Positions 56,744 to 64,000 of a DNA stretch of 64,000 nt are shown here, piece by piece; the first letter of the stretch is position 1, and every line of letters begins with the position of its first letter. This stretch comes from Nageia nagi (taxonomy: Eukaryota; Plantae; Pinophyta). The notes beneath the pieces were generated by a model, which saw only the letters and a list, made by a program, of their open reading frames with translations, was not told the origin of the DNA and did not search any database. The translations under genes were made by a program, and so were the position numbers. The stretch spans positions 189,038,001 to 189,102,000 of the forward strand of contig JBITNC010000001.1 in the NCBI GenBank assembly GCA_050084985.1. Reading direction: 5' to 3'.

Positions 56744-59470
56744 TCAATCCATTGTACCATATGCATCCTCTCTTTTTTTGCAATGCATCTATAATCATCT
56801 CATGGTCATCTGATGAAATGATCCACAACACTCTATTAAAAGGCTCCCCTTTATATTTGAATAGTTTGATATTTGTTACCAATATCAAATGCGAGTAACA
56901 TAGAATCTTCTTATTTTGTTCATAATCTTCAAATATAGGAAAAATAGTTACTTACCTAGTAAGATATTTTTATAGCCATGTCCAACAAACACCACAGAAC
57001 CTATTGGATATAACCATGATTTATCCATCATTATCAAAATTTGTAAAGATGATAAATAGTCTAAAGAAATATCTAGAGAGTAGATAATAAGCTAGCTTGA
57101 GAAAGACACATATATGAACCTGTTGGATAAATAAATTCATCATCTTCACATTGAGGTTGAGATAACTTATATTTTCTCTCAACGCATTGAGCTAGCCAAT
57201 ACCCTATTCCCTAGGCGATAATGATATACACATATCCTATAACAAAATTTATATCAATTTAAAGTGTTCAACATATAAAACTAACATAATATATATTAAA
57301 ATGTACACTTTCAATAATATAAATAAATTGAATTTAAAAATTACCTTCTTGTATAAGGTATGAAATACGATCATAATATTTTGATACAAATAGTTCATAT
57401 TCAATTAATATATCTTATCGATCATCATGGGATTGTGAAGGTGTTAGAGATATTTGTTTCCATTCCTCAATCCATTTTGTATTTCCACATGATTCTAAAT
57501 CACCTACAATACAAGTCTCACAAAAACATGTAACCTCCCTTATTCATATATTCCAAGTGCTTGCTTTTGAACTTCTAAATGAATTCCATTTTTTTAATCC
57601 ACTAATTGTATCATAATCAAGATGATTCAAAATATTAGCTTCTTCAACTAACCAAAAGTATCATTTAATTATAAAATTCTCACTTGATCCTATAGATAAT
57701 GTTGTACTACACCATTCCACAATATTATAGGAATATTTAAATTTACTTACATCACCAAATTTTAGTTGCTTTCTAGCAAGAGCTCTTTTAACACATGCAC
57801 CTGCTCCATCGTGTTCTCCTTTACCATGTCTTGCTTCAATAAAACTCTATATATGTTTGATATTTTTTTCTTTATGAACCTTACTTAGCCAATAAAACAT
57901 ACATGAATTTTTAAATTATCATGTATAATTATTTGACCATATGAAATGTTTTTCCATATGTATTCCTCTTTCATCAAAATTATTATAAAATACCTTAAAA
58001 CAATATTGGAAAAACTCTGATGAGTGTAATCGATTATCACTTACATAGAAATGGTACTCCTTAAAAAATAATTTGTTATCTTCAGTACTATCATTTGCAT
58101 GTCTATATACAATATGGATGAAAATGGTAACTTGAACTTAATTATAATATTGAGAATGAATTCTTTCTAAGAGTATAATTTTTGACAAAGCCAAACTTGC
58201 TATAAACTCCTTGATGGTTTCAGGTGGTATATGAATAATGCATTCTTACCTCAAATCATTAGTATGCAACTTCCCACATATGTTTTGAAAAGAATCATAA
58301 TAATATCAAAATTTCATATGAGTTTTACAACAACATGTTACTCTTTTCTTGTTAATTCTGAGATACCAAGTTTTTCATTTCTCAAATGATCTTTGACTTA
58401 TTACAATATCAAATGGTTGTAACACTCCCTCTTCTACAAATTGTTGATGTAATTTAGTTTGATTAATATCTAGTAGGTGTTTTGGATGAGATTCATGATA
58501 TTTTGACCCAAGTTTTAATTTCAAAACATCTCTATAATGTGGTGATACCCTTTTTCTATTATGCCAAAAAAAATCAATTATATCCTTGATCTCACTAGCC
58601 AATTTCTTGTTAGACCTTGGGAGTCTACCACTATAACTCCAACATTGGTTGATTAGATCACTTTCAATATTTTATCTTATCTTTATAGCTCTTTGCATAT
58701 TTTTATGACTCACAATGAATAATTCACTAACCTTTCATTTACTTGAGGTTTTTTGGCTTACTAAAGCAGTTGTTATAGCTTGTTGTGCCACATTCTTATC
58801 TTTAGATCTACTCTTTTTTCTAATAGAACTAATGGCACTAGCAAAAATAGACAAAACTTGTTTAAGGGGTTCATATTCCTTGTTTTATTTCACATAAACT
58901 CCTAAATTTTTTACTACCTTTCTCATTTTTTACATTCTCATTAATTGCAACATGAGTTGACATAAATATCCTAAATCTTTATCTTTGAAATATTCCTCAT
59001 GTATATTACTTACAATTGTTCTTATATGTATCTGAGATAGAAGCTTATCTTTGGGAAAATTATGTAATATATTACCTTCCATTTTCAAAAAAATATTATC
59101 ACTATATTTCAAATATGGATCTAAATACATACCTGATGGATTCATTTTGAAAGGTGGATTAGAAGACATACCTTGTGGATTCGAATCGACAAGTAGATAT
59201 GAAGCTTCTACAATCATAGTATCCTCTTCCACATGTGCATCATCTACATTCATCTATTGAATTTTCTCCTCCTCAATGTTCTCTAGTTAAATATTCTCCT
59301 CTAGATCAGTTGTTATAGAACTTGATGCTTCCACATCCCTCAATTGCCCCAAACATCCTCATCTCTATCTTTTTCATTGTGCAACCCTCTCTTTATATGC
59401 TTGTTCTTGTTTAGGTGTAAAGTTCCTCAAATATTTCCTTAACATTTTTTTTATCCCATGACCTCTTTTC
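56744..59470 (-). pseudogene. Sola2-type DDD transposase relic, intron-containing
   Basis: SQRSFEK*KTWYLRINKKRVTCCCKTH; FVKNYTL..IHSQYYN*VQVTIFIH; YVSDNRLHS; IWSNNYT**FKN; FIEARHGKGEHDGAGACVKRA; REVTCFCETC. GT-AG intron 57344-57237. Stop at 56744-56746. Confidence 0.85.
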
Positions 59471-61149
59471 AAAATTAACTTTCAAAATTATTGTAATCAC
59501 AAAAAATTAATGAAAAATAAAAAAAAAGGAGAGAAAATTGTAGAATTAGGTTGCACAATATTGATGGACATAATATAAAATACTTTTATATGAATATTTT
59601 AATTTACATGGGTCAAGATTCTGGGGGTTAGCATCCCTACCCTTGGGATCTTGATACTCAATATCTTGGAGTTTAAATTCAAATTTTCACATGCCTTTTT
59701 TCCTTGGTTCTAAGCTCAAAAATATGTTCAGTGACCTAGTCATTTACTTTGGAACTGCAACTTCAAGGTCCTAATAATGGAAATGGACTTTACCGACTTC
59801 AAGAATGAATTTGATGAGGGTTTTCAAAGAGTTATTTCACAAAATTTTGAAGGATTGTATATGAGAGAGTAGAGATTTCAAATATGGTCTTTGTTTAAAA
59901 ATTGGATTAGATTTAGTTTTTTTAATATAATTTGCAATGAAAGACGGTCCATAAACTTCAAAAAGTAGGGTTTTGTAATTATTTAATTTCTTTTTATTTT
60001 TTGATAATTATGAAAAATAAATATGTCCATATTTTGCATAAAATTCTCTACAACTTAAAAAAAATATAGGTTTAGGTCAAATTATGCTTGAGGGACATGA
60101 GCACTTTTTGAAACAACAATCAGGGCCAATAAAAAATTAATATAAAAAATATTAAAAAAAATTACAAAAATATATCCTCAATAATCTTTAGTGTCTTAGC
60201 TATTAGTATCCAAAAGGATTTAGCAAAATATTAAAATTTAGGTCCAATTATATGTGAGGGACACAATGGGGGTATAGTCCTCAAATTGATTTTTTTAAAG
60301 AATGGATTTTAAACATGTATCTTGAAAATTTATTTCTATTATCTGGGTATGGGAATAAATTACATTTTTTAAAACTATACTTTGAGTACTACATTTTTAT
60401 TAAAGTGACCTTTTTCATGATTTGGACTCTAAGTACTTCAAATTTTGAGATCAAGCATGATAAAACATGAAAATCAAAGAAAACACTTCCACTTTTTGGC
60501 CAAAAGTGGGACTCAACTTTTTGCACTTACCTTTTCTTTTCTCTTAAGTATAAAACTCTTAATATAATATATTCTACTTATTTTCCTCCTAGATTATTTA
60601 TAAAAATGATTTTATATCTTTTATTCTTACTCCTATCCTTCTTGAACTGATGTTTCCCTATTTAACTTCTCATAATGGTTTTTAATGAAATAGACTTGTA
60701 ACAATCAACCTATAGAACTTCTAAAATCATCATCTTCACTTAGTCATCATTATTGAGTCATCATCATCATCATTTTCAAGTTTTAATTTGAGTCATTGAG
60801 TAGGGAAAAATATACCATTAACTATTTCAAGAGCTAACTATTTTAGATCAACTCTTAGACTCACTTAGATGATATTGAACACCTCTTTTCTATAATCCAC
60901 TAAAAAGGTATTGATATAGACATTTTTTATTGATTTAATTTTCTAGATCACACCTCTCAAATCAGAATCATTTGATCCTTGAATGATCTAAAAAATTAGG
61001 GTTTAGGAACCATAACTTGCTATGGAATATTATACCAAGTTGATCTCCATGTTGAATATGTTGGAATCACCCAAGGGTTCCATGGTATCAATCCCCAAGT
61101 CAGCATGCATGTATGGTATAGTATTGCAATGTTATGTATTCCCCCTTTA

Positions 61150-62520
61150 TATTGTTGGTTTATATTTATAAATAAAATACACTAATAATAAGTTGACAAC
61201 TTCTCCCTTATTGCTTTATTATCAACACTGCTAGATTCTTGGAGGTATTGATGATAAAGTGTCTTTATTATTCAAGAGAAACATGAGTGATAGTTTTATC
61301 CACATGGGATCTAATAATAAACATCCTATAATTATATATAAAATAATAATTACTCTCCCACAAATAATATATTGCATCCCAATCAAATAATTACAAGTTT
61401 CCTAACATTATCTCAACAACATCTATAGGAACAAAATCAAACTATTTTATCAATGTATTATGCATTTATTGCAAATCTTAGCTTGCATTATTAGTCAAGT
61501 TGTATCTTCGCTTGGTTATTCATCCACTCAAGTGGATATGGTTGTGGGTTAGGATGCATTTCTAATGATAATTGCTGCACCAAGTTTTCAGATATTATAT
61601 TGACTTGAGAACCAGGATCAACAAGAACATCAATTTGGGTCCTTCTCGCTTGCATCTTGATATGAAACAACTACCTCTTCTTATCTTTTTACCCTTAAAA
61701 CCTTGTAACACCATGCAATTGAATATTGTATCATTATTATTTGATGATTCGTTAACCCCATAACACTCTTGTGTTATTTTCACTTTCTAAGTAATTGTTA
61801 CATTCTTTTTCTCAATTTTTACAATCTTTACCTTAAACTATTTCAACCTAAGTTTAGGGTATGTATGTACCAACATGTGTATTCCTCATGCCTTTTATTC
61901 TTGTAGTTTGAGAATTAAGTATTTTCCTTTTCATCATCATTCTTCTTCATTGTTGCATTAACCTTACCGTATTTGGCCTCCAAGTATTCTTCTTGAATAC
62001 ATACTTCATCAAAATGAGTTGGTTTAAATACTAAAAATGTATGTTGAAGGTAATTGTGTAAATTTTTAATGGATTTGAGTAAAATGTCTTGGCTCATCAA
62101 CAATACATCGATCATGGTTTCCCATTTTTCAAACTCAATCATATATTTTTGTCCATGCTCTATCCCTTCTCTTTTCTAAAATGAAACTATTCCATTTTTT
62201 TCCTTTCTTGATGTCAGAGAGGATATAATTTCTCTTCTAATAGTTATTTGAAGCTTTTCCAACTTGTAATAGAAAATTTATCACCATTATTGATAGTATC
62301 ATGGTATGCTTCCCATAAAACCAAAGCATGACTCTCAAGCTTGAGTGCAACAATATCAATCTTCTCCTTATCATATTCAACCTTACAAACTCTAAAAATA
62401 TATCCAAGTATTTCAACCACTGGTTGATTTTCTCAATACCAATTTCTTCTTCAAAGGATTTGAGATTAAAATTCACTTCTAATTTCAAAGGTAACCTCTT
62501 CTATATTTGATTTGAACACT
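61150..62520 (-). pseudogene. Ty3/gypsy gag and protease relic
   Basis: KLEVNFNLKSFEEEIGIEKINQWLKYLDIF, PTHFDEVCIQEEYLE, and a DPGSQVNI protease active-site-like motif at ~61600-61625. Confidence 0.8.
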
Positions 62521-64000
62521 CCACCATCTAGTTCTCTCCTTGCATTCATATTTTGGCTTTTCAAATCTACAAAATCCTTGATCATGTATTAAATTTCTTA
62601 CTCCAAGGGAATAATATTCCTCCTTAGCTCTTCATTCCACATGGAAATATCATTTTTCTTCTTCTACCAAGCTCTTGAATCAATCTCAGGATGAAACTCC
62701 ACCAAATACTATTCTTCACATTGAGATCTAGTCATAACCATAACTCTACAATAATATTAAATGGATTTGATACCACATGATTTGGAAACTCTAGTAGCCT
62801 ATGAAATTCATGAATTCATCACATACAAATTCATTTGTTTAATTTCTTATTCATATTTTGGTCACCATGTATGACTTTATCAATGTATACTCTTTTTACC
62901 CAAAATGTAATGGTTGATTATTTAATCTTTTAAAAATATAATATTCATTAATATTCAAGATAAAAATATGAATAATGAAGAAATGTATATCTTCATATTG
63001 ATTTTATTGTGAATAAATTACAACCAATCAAGTTTGATCTTATTCTTAGGTATACAACTCTCAATACAATGTATTCTACTTATTTTTCTCCTATAATGTT
63101 GAGAAAGATGATGTTATATCTTTCTAGAGTCATCATCATTCTTGAGTCATCATCTTTGTTAGGTTATAATTTGAGTCATTAATTCAGGAAAAACCTCCCA
63201 AGAACCATTTTAAGAGATAAGCTATGTTATATGATACTTTTAACTTCAATGCAATACCTCTAATCCTTCTAATAGAGATATCAACAAAAGGATCAAGATG
63301 AAAATTTGCATGACGTACATAAGGATAACTTATATTGAATCAAGAAAAAATTACTTTTACAAAATCTCTTACATTATCTTTAGGTTTACATGAAAATAAT
63401 TAATAGTGTTATTATCATATTTGATTACATTAAACTATATATGTAACATAGTTTTCATTTCTCTCTTGGTAAAATAAGATTTTCCTCACACTAGCTTTGA
63501 ATCAAGATAGACCACCATATCCTTAGAGACAACCATATATGTAAATTATGCAACATGGAACCAAATACTAAAGAGTATTTCATATTCATTTTCCCAACCC
63601 ACTATGAAATTTGAGGTTGATTCCATTGCTTATTTACAGATACTCACACTTTAAAATTATGGATGAATTACAAAGACCAAAATTGCATTGTGTTTTACAT
63701 CAAAGAAGCCAACCACTTTAGATGAAAAGTGATCGCTAATAGATCACATAACATGATGAGTTCAAGATCTTATTTTTGACCATATGAAACTATGAATAAA
63801 AAATATCATGTGATCCCTAAAGACTCTTAAATGATTACTTGTTGATGTATTACTACTAAACCCACTATGGTTACTTTCTTTGGTTGCAACATCATGAGCT
63901 ATTTTTTAACCTCAAATGTTAGAGTGGCCCCTTTAAATCAATTTGTAAAATTTTATGTTACTCAAAATTATTGCATTTGGCATACTTTTTTATCTCTTTA

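Noticed and set aside
59051-59260. Plus-strand short ORFs here and at 1194, 31185, 33708, 58715, 61572 and 62328
   Set aside because: Antisense shadows of minus-strand TE coding relics.
56744-59470. CACTA, hAT, MULE or Harbinger assignment for the transposase
   Set aside because: The termini are not CACTA, no 8-9 bp or TAA/TTA TSD is seen, and the HGKGxxDG motif does not fit those families.

Overview
AT-rich, strongly CpG/CHG-depleted plant repeat DNA (a large-genome, gymnosperm-like plant is inferred, not proven). I found no intact cellular gene; the window is a nest of decayed transposable elements. In order: a Ty1/copia pol relic (minus, ~307-2624) cut by an LTR; a long decayed ORF followed by a probable LTR; an L1 LINE relic; a copia 3' end; a 3.7 kb tRNA-Trp-primed LTR element lacking RT (16100-19817); and a 20.3 kb LTR element (22335-42642) with gag plus an antisense Plant Mobile Domain gene but no pol. 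That last element is interrupted by a full-length Athila-like element (27049-38084) and a 1.07 kb TIR element. The most notable feature is a 10.9 kb TIR DNA transposon (49588-60532) with a Sola2-type DDD transposase (HGKGEHDG motif) and a second, convergent, spliced gene of unrecognised family. The 1.07 kb element is its non-autonomous relative. All coding regions are pseudogenised. Translations and alignments were done by eye, and boundaries not anchored by TG/CA, TSD, PBS or PPT are approximate.
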